DNA from: Candidatus Latescibacterota bacterium
GTDB taxonomy: Bacteria; Latescibacterota; UBA2968; UBA8231
Assembly: GCA_965204725.1 (NCBI GenBank)
Contig: OZ242005.1
Location: forward strand, 1,728,001 to 1,792,000
Direction: 5' to 3'
DNA length: 64,000 nt
The translations under genes were made by a program, and so were the position numbers. The notes under the pieces are model-generated. The model was not told the DNA's origin and ran no database searches. It saw only the letters and a program-made list of their open reading frames with translations. Positions 42,074 to 51,840 of this stretch are shown piece by piece; positions within the stretch are counted from its first letter, which is position 1, and each line of letters starts with the position of its first letter.

Positions 42074-42140
42074 GGTCTAGTATAATCCCTTTTCAGCACA
42101 GGTTCGGGATGACAAGTAGCTACCTCAATGGACGCTTACC

Positions 42141-42509
42141 TTATGGTTTTGGTGTGATCGTGATGTCAAAATCAGGGAGAAATATGCGCGCCAAAAAGAC
42201 AATAACCACAAAAATTCCAATGGTCATCCAAAAGCGATTTTCAAGTCTCCGCACTCTTTTCTCCAAGTTCTGCAATCCGTTTTCAATCCGCGGGATTGAT
42301 TCGACCTTTTCTTCCACGCGAGTGACTCGTTCCTTTAGATCTCTGAAGTCTTTTCCAAGCTCGTCGAGTCTGTCGTGAATCCGGTTAATACCCTGCATGA
42401 TCCACTGACTTGCATCGCTAAAAGAATGGGATGGCGATTCTGGACGTGTCGGAGGGCTGAGTTCCCGATTTTCACCGTTCTCTGCGTTGTTCTTTTGATC
42501 AGGTGTCAT
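42141..42509 (-). CDS. Coiled-coil protein with C-terminal TM
   Basis: DRLDELGKDFRDLKERVTRVEEKV..FWMTIGIFVVIV; ATGA coupling to the upstream ORF. Confidence 0.75.
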   Translation of the reverse strand: MTPDQKNNAENGENRELSPPTRPESPSHSFSDASQWIMQGINRIHDRLDELGKDFRDLKERVTRVEEKVESIPRIENGLQNLEKRVRRLENRFWMTIGIFVVIVFLARIFLPDFDITITPKP

Positions 42510-42793
42510 ATCCGTGGCCCTCCTACAACCCAGTCGTGTTCGTGGATGTTGATCCACTCCCAGAGGTCTTTGGCTGCATAACCGTAGTAATTCGAGACCG
42601 GTATGACGATCCCAGTACCCGATTCGCCATTGCTAAGCCCGATAGCTTCGGCCAATTCGCGCGTCGTCCCGTTGTACGACACAAAGTACGTAATGGGTGC
42701 TTCGTCAGTATAGACGGGAATCTCGAGTGTCTTTACTTTGTCGCGAAGTCCTTCTGCGTCACTCCGTTGAAAAGGTATGATCGCATAGATCAT
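42506..42793 (-). CDS. Small hypothetical protein
   Basis: 95 aa, AAGGAGAG RBS, YYGYAAKDLWEWI C-terminal motif. Confidence 0.7.
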   Translation of the reverse strand: MIYAIIPFQRSDAEGLRDKVKTLEIPVYTDEAPITYFVSYNGTTRELAEAIGLSNGESGTGIVIPVSNYYGYAAKDLWEWINIHEHDWVVGGPRI

Positions 42794-42875
42794 TGGCGTG
42801 GCTCTCCTTTCATATCAAAATGTCTGCGACATACTTGCATTTTACAAAATACCGGCCTGTTTGTCAGTTGGCCAA

Positions 42876-43226
42876 ACAAAAAAGCCCCAGCTTGCGGTAG
42901 GAGACAAGCCGGGGCAACGCGGGGTTGTAATTGTAATCAGTATTTAAGGGATGGCGTATTTGAAAACAATTTGAATCAAGACCAGCACGACGGGTACTCC
43001 GATGCTCATCGCCTTGATCGCCATCCGCACTTCGCCCTTGAGTTCGGCTACCTCCTCCTTGGTCGCCAAACCCTTGAATTCCCCCTTGAGTTCGGCTATA
43101 TCCTCCTTGGTCGCCAGATACTTATGAGTGCCTTCTAAGTTGGCGACCTTTTCCGTTACTTCTGCCATTGCGCTGCTCCTATCTATGGGTACGTGCAATA
43201 TAGCTTTATTCAACGCCGCGTCCAGC
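42876..43226. repeat. Direct repeat copy 2
   Basis: Paralogous to 41691-42073. Confidence 0.92.
42944..43168 (-). CDS. Paralog of the 41769-42014 coiled-coil/TM mini-protein (one heptad shorter)
   Basis: MAEVTEKVANLEGTHKYLATKED...FKYAIP. Confidence 0.78.
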   Translation of the reverse strand: MAEVTEKVANLEGTHKYLATKEDIAELKGEFKGLATKEEVAELKGEVRMAIKAMSIGVPVVLVLIQIVFKYAIP

Positions 43227-43513
43227 TAGGTCGTTCCCGCAGAAATCCAAGAGTCTTTTGACCGTGGAGACCACAAAGTTCGCATCCGCTGCCGCCTGCC
43301 GTGCATCTTCTCTGCCGGTCGCTTGGAGGCTGCCCTTCATAGCACCAACACCTCGTCTGGTTTCAGATCGGGTTTTAAGTCCCAGTACCAGCCGCTATCG
43401 CGCCGGATTTTTCGCGCCCCAATTGCCGCAGCCTGTCCTGCGACGAAGCAATCAAGTAACGGCTTATAGGTTGGGTAGCCGAATTGGGCCGCCTCGACAT
43501 CTACGACTTTCAC
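43206..43513 (-). pseudogene. Deleted remnants of a nucleotidyltransferase (MNT)-HEPN pair
   Basis: 43337-43513 ends GARKIRRDSGWYWDLKPDLKPDEVL; ATGA-coupled 43206-43340 has REDARQAAADANFVVSTVKRLL. Confidence 0.6.
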
Positions 43514-43555
43514 GGGGCTGCCTCCTGAAGTTAGCTTGTTGCGTCTATTTGCTTC

Positions 43556-44584
43556 TTACAGAGTGATTTGGCAGCCGCGTTCAGCCGCCTCGTATGCCGC
43601 CTCGACAAAGCGCATGGCCTGCCAAGCATCGTCGCCATTGGTGATAAAAGTGCCTCGTCCGCGGCTAGCGGCGACAAAGTCGGCGATAAAACCCTGTCCA
43701 GCCGCCCCGCCATACCCAGGAGCCTCGCCAACCGAGCGGTCGAATTGGCGGTACTCGTCCTCGGTCCAGCCCTCAACTTGGCTCTGGACGATGAGCCGGT
43801 CGCCGCGCCCGTCCCAATCCTGCATCACCCAAGTCGCATCCCCGGCCGTTCCTCGGAAGCACAAGTAGATGTCGCCGTAGCGGCGCGGCAGGACATAGCC
43901 CGCGTGGAGATTGCCCAGAGTGCCGTTGTCCATGCGGAACGAGGCAGCGAGCACGTCTTCGACGCTGATGCCGGTGCCGCTCAGGGTCGCCTTGTGAGCA
44001 CTGACGCTCTGGTACTCTAGGCCGCTGATATAGCGAATCAAGTCAACCGTGTGGATCGCCAGCCAGTGCAGGATGCCGCCACCGGCCCGAGCGCGGTCAA
44101 AGAGCCAGTGGTCCGGGCCGCGCTGCTGCACGGTGCTGGTGATCATCCGCCCCTCAATGGAGACGATGCGGCCCAAGACGCCAGCCGCGATGAGTTGGCG
44201 CGTCTCGGCGGCCAGCGGATGGCAGCGGTTCAAAAAGGCCGTCGCCCACAAGACCTGCTGCGCGTCCGCTAGTTCGTTGAGGCGGGCGATGTCAGCGGCC
44301 GTGCGCGCGACCGGCTTTTCGGCAATGGTCGGTACGCCGGCCTGCAAAAGCTGGGCGATGCGAGCGGGGGCTTGGTCGTTGCGCGTACATACGATGGCCA
44401 GTCCCGGCTTTTCGTCCTTTAGCAGCGCGTCCAAGCTGCCATACACCGGCTCGTCGCCCGGACATGCTTCGGTCGCACAGACGACCAACCGGCCCACGGC
44501 CTCGCAGTGCTGGAGCGAGGTCAGCCACCCGCGGCTGTGGGGATTGTCTAGCCCAACGAGGGCGGCGCACACTTTATCCGTCAT
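43556..44584 (-). CDS. Gfo/Idh/MocA family oxidoreductase
   Basis: AEKP, GGGILHWLAIHTVD. Confidence 0.88.
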   Translation of the reverse strand: MTDKVCAALVGLDNPHSRGWLTSLQHCEAVGRLVVCATEACPGDEPVYGSLDALLKDEKPGLAIVCTRNDQAPARIAQLLQAGVPTIAEKPVARTAADIARLNELADAQQVLWATAFLNRCHPLAAETRQLIAAGVLGRIVSIEGRMITSTVQQRGPDHWLFDRARAGGGILHWLAIHTVDLIRYISGLEYQSVSAHKATLSGTGISVEDVLAASFRMDNGTLGNLHAGYVLPRRYGDIYLCFRGTAGDATWVMQDWDGRGDRLIVQSQVEGWTEDEYRQFDRSVGEAPGYGGAAGQGFIADFVAASRGRGTFITNGDDAWQAMRFVEAAYEAAERGCQITL

Positions 44585-45560
44585 GGTAATCCACCACCTT
44601 TCCCGCCCGCGCCGAGCGGTAGATGTTCTCCAACAGCGCGACGGTGCGGCGGCCCTCGCGCCCATCGACCCGCAGGGCGGTTCCGGTTTCTAGGGCCGAT
44701 ACCATGTCCTCAACGACGTTGGTCAGCGGATTGGGCATGGCCAATAGCTTCTCTTCCAGCCCGTCGCCAAAGACGCGCATCTCGCCCGACAGCACCGCGT
44801 CTAGCAACACCCCCCCTTCGCTGCCGTGGACCTCGGCACTAAAGTAAGGGCTGGCCGGAAAGGTCGTCGTGCCCAAGATGCCTCCTTTGGCGCCGTTCTC
44901 GAAATTCAAGATGGCTTGGCCAATATCCTCGGTCTCAATGTCGTGGTTCATGATCGCGGTTTCGCCATAAACGGTCTTGGGTACGCCCATGAACCACAGC
45001 AGGAGATCGATCAGGTGCGAGCCTTGGTTGGCCAGCGAGCCGCCGCCATCCATGGCCCAAGTGCCGCGCCAGCCGCCGCTGTGTTCAAAGTATTCCTGTG
45101 AGCGAAACCACTTAAAGCGCACCTCCCCGAGAATGGGCTTGCCCAACAGGCCCTGCTTGAGGGCCTCGGCCACGCGGTAGTTGTTGGCGACGTAGCGGCT
45201 TTGGTAATCCACGCCGAGCAAGAGGCCGCCGGCGTCGGCCGCGGCGATCAACTCGTCGCAGGCTTTCGTGCTGACGTCCATGGGCTTAGTGGTGATCACG
45301 TGCTTGCCGGCTCTAAGGGCTTCGACGCCTAGTTGGGCATGTAGCCCGCTAGGCGTCATCACCAGCACGACATCGACATCGCCTCGCCCCAGCGCGTCTT
45401 CCAAGCGGGCGCACCACGAGCAACCCATTTCCGCGCCGACTTGGCGGGCCAACTCCTCGTTGAGATCGACGACCACGCGCAACTCGGCCCCTTTGGTCTC
45501 GGCCACTTGCCGGGCGCGGTTGCGCCCCATGCCCAGCCCTACAACAGCAAATCCGATCAT
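44574..45560 (-). CDS. Gfo/Idh/MocA family oxidoreductase
   Basis: VVGLGMG, TPSGLH, GKHVITTKP, DGGGSLANQGSHLID. Confidence 0.92.
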   Translation of the reverse strand: MIGFAVVGLGMGRNRARQVAETKGAELRVVVDLNEELARQVGAEMGCSWCARLEDALGRGDVDVVLVMTPSGLHAQLGVEALRAGKHVITTKPMDVSTKACDELIAAADAGGLLLGVDYQSRYVANNYRVAEALKQGLLGKPILGEVRFKWFRSQEYFEHSGGWRGTWAMDGGGSLANQGSHLIDLLLWFMGVPKTVYGETAIMNHDIETEDIGQAILNFENGAKGGILGTTTFPASPYFSAEVHGSEGGVLLDAVLSGEMRVFGDGLEEKLLAMPNPLTNVVEDMVSALETGTALRVDGREGRRTVALLENIYRSARAGKVVDYHDG

Positions 45561-45573
45561 GAAAAACCTCCTT

Positions 45574-46212
45574 TTATGTATTTAATTCATCAAAGCGTCT
45601 ATCTGCCAGCCGCTCAAGGCGTTTCGCCTGATTTAGAAGAGTTCGGCGCAATCCCGCCGAGACGTTTCTTTCGCTTATAAGCCGGGCCAAGTTGGCGATC
45701 GTACTGGCCCTTCTTGCTATTCTGATGTCTGGATGTTGCTCCCTAGCGTAGATGTGCGCTGGTATTATCCTAGCCCGGTGCGATTTGGGTAACTCAATCG
45801 GTTCCGTCGGCTTTATATCTTCCTCATTGAGAATAGCACCAATAGCAGATTCTTGCAGGAGCTTCTGGAATACGGTGTATTCCGCTTTTTCCATTTTCTC
45901 TTTAGCCGTCTTTGGCGAAATATCAAAGAAGGGCCAGACTTCCACTTCTGCTACTTCTACCGGGTCGAGGACGAACTTACCCACCGCATCACTCCTTTTT
46001 CCCGTAAGATGGCGACCAATCCGCCCCCGGACCTTCTCAATGGTCTGCCCCACATAAATAGGCTCCCCCTCATAGTCGTAGAATGCGTAGATACCGCAAA
46101 GGGCATTGCCAATTTTGCGTCCTTGTTCGTCTTCAGTGTCGTAAAATTTCTTTATCTCTTTTTGAATGTCCCTGACATCTTGTGGAGACGATTGCTTGCT
46201 TCTTTGAGCCAT
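45574..46212 (-). CDS. GIY-YIG nuclease (putative restriction endonuclease)
   Basis: GIYAFY...YVGQT, RIGRH, conserved E and LN; 1-nt overlap with the MTase gene. Confidence 0.82.
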   Translation of the reverse strand: MAQRSKQSSPQDVRDIQKEIKKFYDTEDEQGRKIGNALCGIYAFYDYEGEPIYVGQTIEKVRGRIGRHLTGKRSDAVGKFVLDPVEVAEVEVWPFFDISPKTAKEKMEKAEYTVFQKLLQESAIGAILNEEDIKPTEPIELPKSHRARIIPAHIYAREQHPDIRIARRASTIANLARLISERNVSAGLRRTLLNQAKRLERLADRRFDELNT

Positions 46213-47333
46213 TATACTTCTACCTCACTCAACTCATCAACAACCGGATTGAGATAATATCGGGCTATCCACTCAATGGCCGATACGCACACGGCGTCGC
46301 CAAAACCAAATAGCGCTCTGTTCAATGGTAGGTCTGGACGGAGCGTAAATTCATCGGCCCCCATTAGGCGGGCGCATTCTCGCGGCGTAAGCAGACGGAC
46401 GGCATACTCCCCGTTACCTCCGCGAAAGAGAATCTGTCGGCCGCTGCCACCACGCGGCGTTCTCAAACATCCGGCGATACCATCGGTGCGTAGCTCGGCC
46501 ATGGACCGCTTGTTCCTCACCCGGCGAAAGACCGTGCCATAGGAATAGTTTCTGCCAGCGATCATTTTTTCGGCTATTGCCCGGTGCCGTTGGCTCATCT
46601 GGTTCAGCAGGTACTCGGCTCGTTCCTTGCTCCACCATTCCTCGACGTCATCCGGCAAGTCTTCGAGCACATCTTCGAGCATCTGGTCGTTGCCGGTAAT
46701 TTCTGGCAGCTTCCTAATATGCCATGCCAGTTCAGGGTGTGTAGCCATAAAATGAGCGAGGGCCTTAGGTCGAATTTGGCTTTCTATGAGTGCCTGTTCA
46801 AGCAGTACAGGGCCTTTTTGTTCTCCCTGAACGCCCACCACAAAGATCCTTTGCCGGCTTTGCGGAACAAACCACGCTGCATTAAGAATAAAGGCATCCA
46901 CCTGATAGCCTAGATCGTTCAGGGCATGTAATGCACAGCGCAGGTCCTCGCCTTGGTGGGAGGTCAAAAAGCCGAGAACGTTTTCCAAAAGCACTATCGC
47001 GGGCCGACGCTCGTCCATTTTTTCCAAGACCTTCACAAAACCCCAAAAGGCAGAAGACGCTTTGCCGTTCAGCCCACGTCTGGCCCCGGCAAGCGAGAGG
47101 TCATTGCAGGGAAAAGAGGCCGTAGCAAGAGTAACCGCCGGCAGCCAAGCCCCTTCTACATTGTGAATATCGCTGACCGTAAAGTGCTCGTCGGCATCCG
47201 CGAAGTGAGCCTTGTACATCGCAAACTTTTCCTCGTCGATATCATTGGCCCAAGCTATATCCCATCCTGCGCGTTCAAGGCCCATTCTCACCAGACCGAT
47301 ACCGGCAAAGAACTCGGCAAACGTTTTTTTCAT
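46212..47333 (-). CDS. DNA (cytosine-5)-methyltransferase
   Basis: FAGIG, SFPCNDLS, LLENV, PQSRQR, RLLTPRECARLMG, GDAV. Confidence 0.95.
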   Translation of the reverse strand: MKKTFAEFFAGIGLVRMGLERAGWDIAWANDIDEEKFAMYKAHFADADEHFTVSDIHNVEGAWLPAVTLATASFPCNDLSLAGARRGLNGKASSAFWGFVKVLEKMDERRPAIVLLENVLGFLTSHQGEDLRCALHALNDLGYQVDAFILNAAWFVPQSRQRIFVVGVQGEQKGPVLLEQALIESQIRPKALAHFMATHPELAWHIRKLPEITGNDQMLEDVLEDLPDDVEEWWSKERAEYLLNQMSQRHRAIAEKMIAGRNYSYGTVFRRVRNKRSMAELRTDGIAGCLRTPRGGSGRQILFRGGNGEYAVRLLTPRECARLMGADEFTLRPDLPLNRALFGFGDAVCVSAIEWIARYYLNPVVDELSEVEV

Positions 47334-47524
47334 TGCGATCTCGCTAGCTCCTCTCTAATGCGGAATCTTATATTCCTTTTTTTATTCTAAAGGTAAGGGT
47401 CATACTATATATATATTTCTCTTTAGGAGGCAATGCTTTGGCAGCCTAGCGCGAAATTCAACGGAACTCGCGTGGCACTAGTCGTTGACTTACTTTCAGA
47501 GAAACGTCAGATAAGGAAGGAAAA

Positions 47525-48505
47525 ATGCACAACATGAACTGCAAAGCCATGGCAATCGCGGCGGCCGGAGTCGCTCTGCTGGCCGCATCGGCGGTATCCG
47601 CGCTCGACAAACTCACGGTGGCATACTTCCTCGAATGGCCTACCCCGAACTTGGTCGCGCAGGTCGAAAAGACCTACGACGAGGCCCTCGGCGTCCCAGT
47701 GGAGTGGCGCGCGTTTGGCAACGGCAACGAGATGAGCTTGGCAATGGCATCGGGCGAGGTACACATCGCCTACGCGCAGGGCGTGATTCCGTGGCTGGTC
47801 GCGGTGTCCAACGGCCTGCCGCTCCAGCTCGTCGGCATTGCGGACAGCTATGCCGAGGGCGACAACTGCGTGGTGCGCAACGGCGCCGGCATCACCCAAG
47901 CCAATGCGGCTGAGCTGGAGGGCAAGCGCATAGCGACGCCGATCGGCAACGTCACCCACTACAAGCTGCTGCGCGTCCTCGACCACCTCGGCGTCGATGT
48001 CGCCAAGGTCAACCTCGTGCAGATGAACGGCGCGGACGCGGCCGTGGCGCTGGCGCGCGGGGACGTCACCATGGCGTGCGCCTTTGGCGGGCCGCTACGG
48101 CGGATGAAGGAGTTCGGCGTGGAGCTCATGACCGCCGCCGAGCAGGAAGCGATTGGCATTCGCGTCTTCGACGTCATCTCGGTGATCAAGCAATTCGCCG
48201 ACGACCACCCCGAGCTCCTGCGGAAATTCATGCAGGTGACCGAGCAGGCCAACGCGGCGTACGCGGCCGACCCGAGCCAACTCGAAGCGACGATCGCGGA
48301 AGCGGCCGGCATGGAACTAGACGTGGCGCGGTGGTTTCTCGACGCCTTCTCCTTTCCCTCGGCCGCAGAACAGCAGTCGGCTGCTTGGCTCGGCGGCGGC
48401 GTCCAGACCTTTGCCAAAGCGGTGGCAGAATTTCTCGCCGCGCAGGGCCAGCTAGAGCGAGCACTCAAGAGCTACGAGTTCGCGATTAACCCCAGCTTCC
48501 TATGA
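47525..48505 (+). CDS. ABC transporter substrate-binding protein (TauA-like)
   Basis: Signal peptide; AYFLEWPTPN; SsuA/TauA-like features. Confidence 0.82.
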   Translation: MHNMNCKAMAIAAAGVALLAASAVSALDKLTVAYFLEWPTPNLVAQVEKTYDEALGVPVEWRAFGNGNEMSLAMASGEVHIAYAQGVIPWLVAVSNGLPLQLVGIADSYAEGDNCVVRNGAGITQANAAELEGKRIATPIGNVTHYKLLRVLDHLGVDVAKVNLVQMNGADAAVALARGDVTMACAFGGPLRRMKEFGVELMTAAEQEAIGIRVFDVISVIKQFADDHPELLRKFMQVTEQANAAYAADPSQLEATIAEAAGMELDVARWFLDAFSFPSAAEQQSAAWLGGGVQTFAKAVAEFLAAQGQLERALKSYEFAINPSFL

Positions 48506-49311
48506 ACCGCTCAGACGGACTCGTCCTCGACGGGGTGTCGATGACCTTCGCCGCGCCGGACGGCAGCGAAGTGAAGGCACTCGCAGATGTTTCGCTGCAC
48601 CTGCAACCGGGCGAGTTGATGGCCGTGCTCGGCCCGTCCGGGTGCGGCAAGACCACGCTGCTCAACATCATCGCCGGATTCTTGGCACCCACTACGGGGC
48701 AGACCCTGCTCAACGGCCGGCCCGTTACGGGGCCGCACAAGGAACGCGGCATGGTATTCCAGCAGGGCGCGTTGTTTGAATGGATGACCGTCGCCCAGAA
48801 CGTCAGCTTCGGGCCGCGCATGAGCGGCACTGATCGGGCCGCAACCGAGGCGACGGTCGGGGACCTGCTCGGCACCATGGCCCTGCAGGAGTTCGCCGAC
48901 AAGCCGGTCTATCAGCTCTCCGGCGGCATGCAGCAGCGAGTGGCCCTAGCGCGGTGCTTAGCCAATGACCCGGATGTAATCCTCATGGACGAGCCGCTGG
49001 GGGCACTAGACGCCCTGACGCGCGAGAAGATGCAGGGGTTGGTGCTCAAGCTGTGGAAGGAGACCGGCAAGACCATCCTCCTCATTACCCACTCCGTGGA
49101 AGAGGCCCTGTTCCTCGGCGAGCGCGTGGTCGTCATGGCACCCCGGCCCGGCCGCATCCACGAGGAGTACCGCCTGCCGTTTGCCGATCAAGGCGTCACC
49201 GGCGATGCTCGCGCCATCAAGACCTTGCCCGATTTCGTCGCCGCCCGCGAAGAGATTCTTTCCATGATCTGGGAGATGGAGGAAGAGATCATGGGCAACG
49301 ATACAGCCTGA
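48502..49311 (+). CDS. ABC transporter ATPase (TauB-like)
   Basis: GPSGCGKT, LSGGMQQR, MDEPLGALDALTRE, ITHSVEEA. Confidence 0.92.
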   Translation: MNRSDGLVLDGVSMTFAAPDGSEVKALADVSLHLQPGELMAVLGPSGCGKTTLLNIIAGFLAPTTGQTLLNGRPVTGPHKERGMVFQQGALFEWMTVAQNVSFGPRMSGTDRAATEATVGDLLGTMALQEFADKPVYQLSGGMQQRVALARCLANDPDVILMDEPLGALDALTREKMQGLVLKLWKETGKTILLITHSVEEALFLGERVVVMAPRPGRIHEEYRLPFADQGVTGDARAIKTLPDFVAAREEILSMIWEMEEEIMGNDTA

Positions 49312-49320
49312 GAGACGATC

Positions 49321-50229
49321 ATGCCAAATCGCAAGCACCCTTCAAAGCTAGCTATATGGCTCGGCGTTGCAGACGATCCCCAGACCGAGCAGAAAACGGT
49401 CAAGTTCGGCGACGCCTCCGCGGTAAATTCCGGCCGGCTGTGGTCGATCATTACCGTGGTGGTGCTGCTCGCCGCTTGGGCCGTGGCGACGGCCGGCGCA
49501 CTCTTCGATCCCATCTTCTGGCCGCCGCTCGATGGCCGGCTCTATCCGTGGGACGATCCCGACCGCGCCCGGCCCGGCGTCGTCGATCGCTTTATCAGCC
49601 TAGTGATGGACGGCTACCGCAATGTCTCGCTCTGGGAGCACGTCTGGACGTCGGTCCGACGGGTGCTGTTGGGCGTATTGTTTGGCGGGTTGCTCGGCAT
49701 TCCCCTCGGTTTTGCCATGGGCTTGAACTCGGTGGCGCGCGGCCTGCTGGACCCCATCGTGGAGTTCATCCGCCCGATCCCGCCGCTCGCCCTGATTCCG
49801 CTGGTCATCCTCTGGCTGGGAATCGACGAAGCGGCCAAGACCTTCCTGCTGTTCCTCGCAGCACTCTTCATCACGCTGATCTCCGCCCGCGCTGGGGTCA
49901 GTTCGATCCGCATTGCAAAAGTGCATGCGGCCTATTCCCTCGGTGCCTCCAAGGCGCAGGTGCTCCGTCACGTCATCCTGCCGAACGCATTGCCGGAGAT
50001 CTTCACCGGCCTCCGCACCTCAATGGGGGTGTGCTGGGGAACGCTGGTGGCCGCCGAGCTGGTGGCCGCAGACCGGGGCGTAGGCTCAATGATGATGGTG
50101 GCCAAGAACTTTCTCCAGACCGAGGTGGTGGTCATCGGCGTCATCATCATCGGCACCATTGGATTCGCCATCGAGATGCTCATGCGCGCACTCGAAGCGT
50201 GGTTGATCCCCTATAAGGGAAAGGGCTGA
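49321..50229 (+). CDS. ABC transporter permease (TauC-like)
   Basis: RPIPPLA, AAYSLGAS, LVAAELVAA. Confidence 0.9.
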   Translation: MPNRKHPSKLAIWLGVADDPQTEQKTVKFGDASAVNSGRLWSIITVVVLLAAWAVATAGALFDPIFWPPLDGRLYPWDDPDRARPGVVDRFISLVMDGYRNVSLWEHVWTSVRRVLLGVLFGGLLGIPLGFAMGLNSVARGLLDPIVEFIRPIPPLALIPLVILWLGIDEAAKTFLLFLAALFITLISARAGVSSIRIAKVHAAYSLGASKAQVLRHVILPNALPEIFTGLRTSMGVCWGTLVAAELVAADRGVGSMMMVAKNFLQTEVVVIGVIIIGTIGFAIEMLMRALEAWLIPYKGKG

Positions 50230-50233
50230 TCCG

Positions 50234-51838
50234 TCAATCTTCCACCACGTGCAACCGCTGGTTGACGGCCACGTCTTCGAGCACTTGCACGCCCCCGGCC
50301 GGCCAGTGAATTTCCAGCCGCTCAACGCGCTCAGCCGCGCCCAACCCGAACACCGGGTCGCGCTGACTGGTCGAGAGAAAACCCGACCCCGCCTTTACTT
50401 CCCTAACCTGCCCATGGCCGTCAGCCCATAGATACAGGCGGGCGCCGATGCCATCGCGGTTGCTCCGTCGGCCCTTTAGCGCGACCGCGAGATAGTTGCC
50501 CCCCACGCCGTCGTTGCGCAGCAGGGCGAAGCGGCGGCCGTTGTTGACGAGGGCCAGGTCTAAGTCGCCATCTTGATCGATGTCCCCAAAGGAGGAACCG
50601 CGCACCACCCAAAAGGCGGCAAACCCCGGGCCGCTCGCCGCGGTCACTTCGCGAAAGACGCCCGCGCCTTGATTGCGAAAGAGCTGGGCCTGTTGGGCGT
50701 AGGTCACCAATTCGTCGTATTCCTCAATGTTGTCGTGGACATGGCCGTTGCCCACGAACAAATCGAGATGCCCGTCGTTGTCCGCGTCGAAAAACCCCGT
50801 GCCAAAACCGAGGTAATTCAGGCTGAGGTCGCCGAGGCCGGCCTTGAAGCTGATCTCGGAGTAAAACGAGCCGTCGTTGCGATACAGCCCGTTGTTTTCC
50901 AACTGGTAGTTGGTGACGAACAGGTCGAGGTCGCCATCTTGGTCTATGTCGCCGGCATCCACGCCCATACCCGCTTGGCTGGCCCCGTCTGCGCTCAGCG
51001 CGGTCCCGGCCACCAAGCCGGTCTCGGCAAAGGTGCCGTCGCCTTGGTTGACGTAGTGGAAATTGGGCGTCAAGTCGTTGGCCACGTATAGGTCGGGATC
51101 GCCGTCCCGGTCGAAATCGCCCGCCACCGCGCCCAACCCATTGCCGGCGTGCTCAATACCTGCTTGAGGGCCAACTGCGGAAAAGACGCCGTGGCCCTCG
51201 TTGCGGTAGAGGATGTCCTCGGTAGGCGCGAACTCCCTCGGGTCGCAGTAGAAGCGCAACCCCAAGTCCTCGCGGCCACACCACGGCTGTTCGCCCAAGG
51301 CAAAGCGCACGTATTGCGCGGCAAAGAGGTCGAGATCGCCGTCGAGATCGTAGTCGAATGCAACGGCACTGGTGGTCCACCCCGCGTGTCCGAGGCCGGC
51401 TGCGGCCGTCGCATCCACATAGCCAGCCTCGGCGCGCCGGTAGAGCTGATCCAGCCCATAAGCCGTCAGATAGAGGTCCGGGCCGCCATCGCCATCGTAG
51501 TCGGCCGCAGTTACCCCCATGCCATAGTAAGTGCCGGGCGCACCGGCCGCGCTGTCCACCCGAGCAAAGGCGCGCCCATCGTTGCGAAAGAGCTGATTCG
51601 AGGCCGTGCCCCGCCCCCGCTTTAGGTCCCCGCTGTTGACCAAGTACAAATCCCAATCGCCGTCGCCGTCGTAATCGAGAAAGGCACTGCCCGCGCCGTT
51701 GGTCTCGGGCAGGTTCTTGTCGGCCGAGGCCCCATTGTCGTGGACGAAGTCAATGCCTAATTCGCGGGCCACCTCCACGAAGTGGGGCTGCCCATAGCTG
51801 GCGACCGCTAGCAGGAGCACGAGGAGCAGGACCCCCAC
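50234..51838 (-). CDS. CRTAC1/ASPIC-UnbV family FG-GAP repeat protein
   Basis: Multiple DxDxDGDxDL repeats; C-terminal SNRDGIGAR..FGLG..WP. Confidence 0.9.
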   Translation of the reverse strand: MGVLLLVLLLAVASYGQPHFVEVARELGIDFVHDNGASADKNLPETNGAGSAFLDYDGDGDWDLYLVNSGDLKRGRGTASNQLFRNDGRAFARVDSAAGAPGTYYGMGVTAADYDGDGGPDLYLTAYGLDQLYRRAEAGYVDATAAAGLGHAGWTTSAVAFDYDLDGDLDLFAAQYVRFALGEQPWCGREDLGLRFYCDPREFAPTEDILYRNEGHGVFSAVGPQAGIEHAGNGLGAVAGDFDRDGDPDLYVANDLTPNFHYVNQGDGTFAETGLVAGTALSADGASQAGMGVDAGDIDQDGDLDLFVTNYQLENNGLYRNDGSFYSEISFKAGLGDLSLNYLGFGTGFFDADNDGHLDLFVGNGHVHDNIEEYDELVTYAQQAQLFRNQGAGVFREVTAASGPGFAAFWVVRGSSFGDIDQDGDLDLALVNNGRRFALLRNDGVGGNYLAVALKGRRSNRDGIGARLYLWADGHGQVREVKAGSGFLSTSQRDPVFGLGAAERVERLEIHWPAGGVQVLEDVAVNQRLHVVED

Positions 51839-51840
51839 TG

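Noticed and set aside
33800-43300. CRISPR array or diversity-generating retroelement from the repeats
   Set aside because: Repeats are two-copy or in-frame coding repeats without spacers. Differences are mostly synonymous and not adenine-specific, and no cas or reverse transcriptase gene is present.
41472-43550. tRNA-Lys-anchored genomic island
   Set aside because: The accessory genes lie 5' of the minus-strand tRNA, I saw no duplicated tRNA 3' end, and there is no integrase.
43258-43566. Plus-strand 102-aa ORF or an ncRNA in this gap
   Set aside because: Better explained by the two coupled minus-strand remnants with RBS and family-like motifs.
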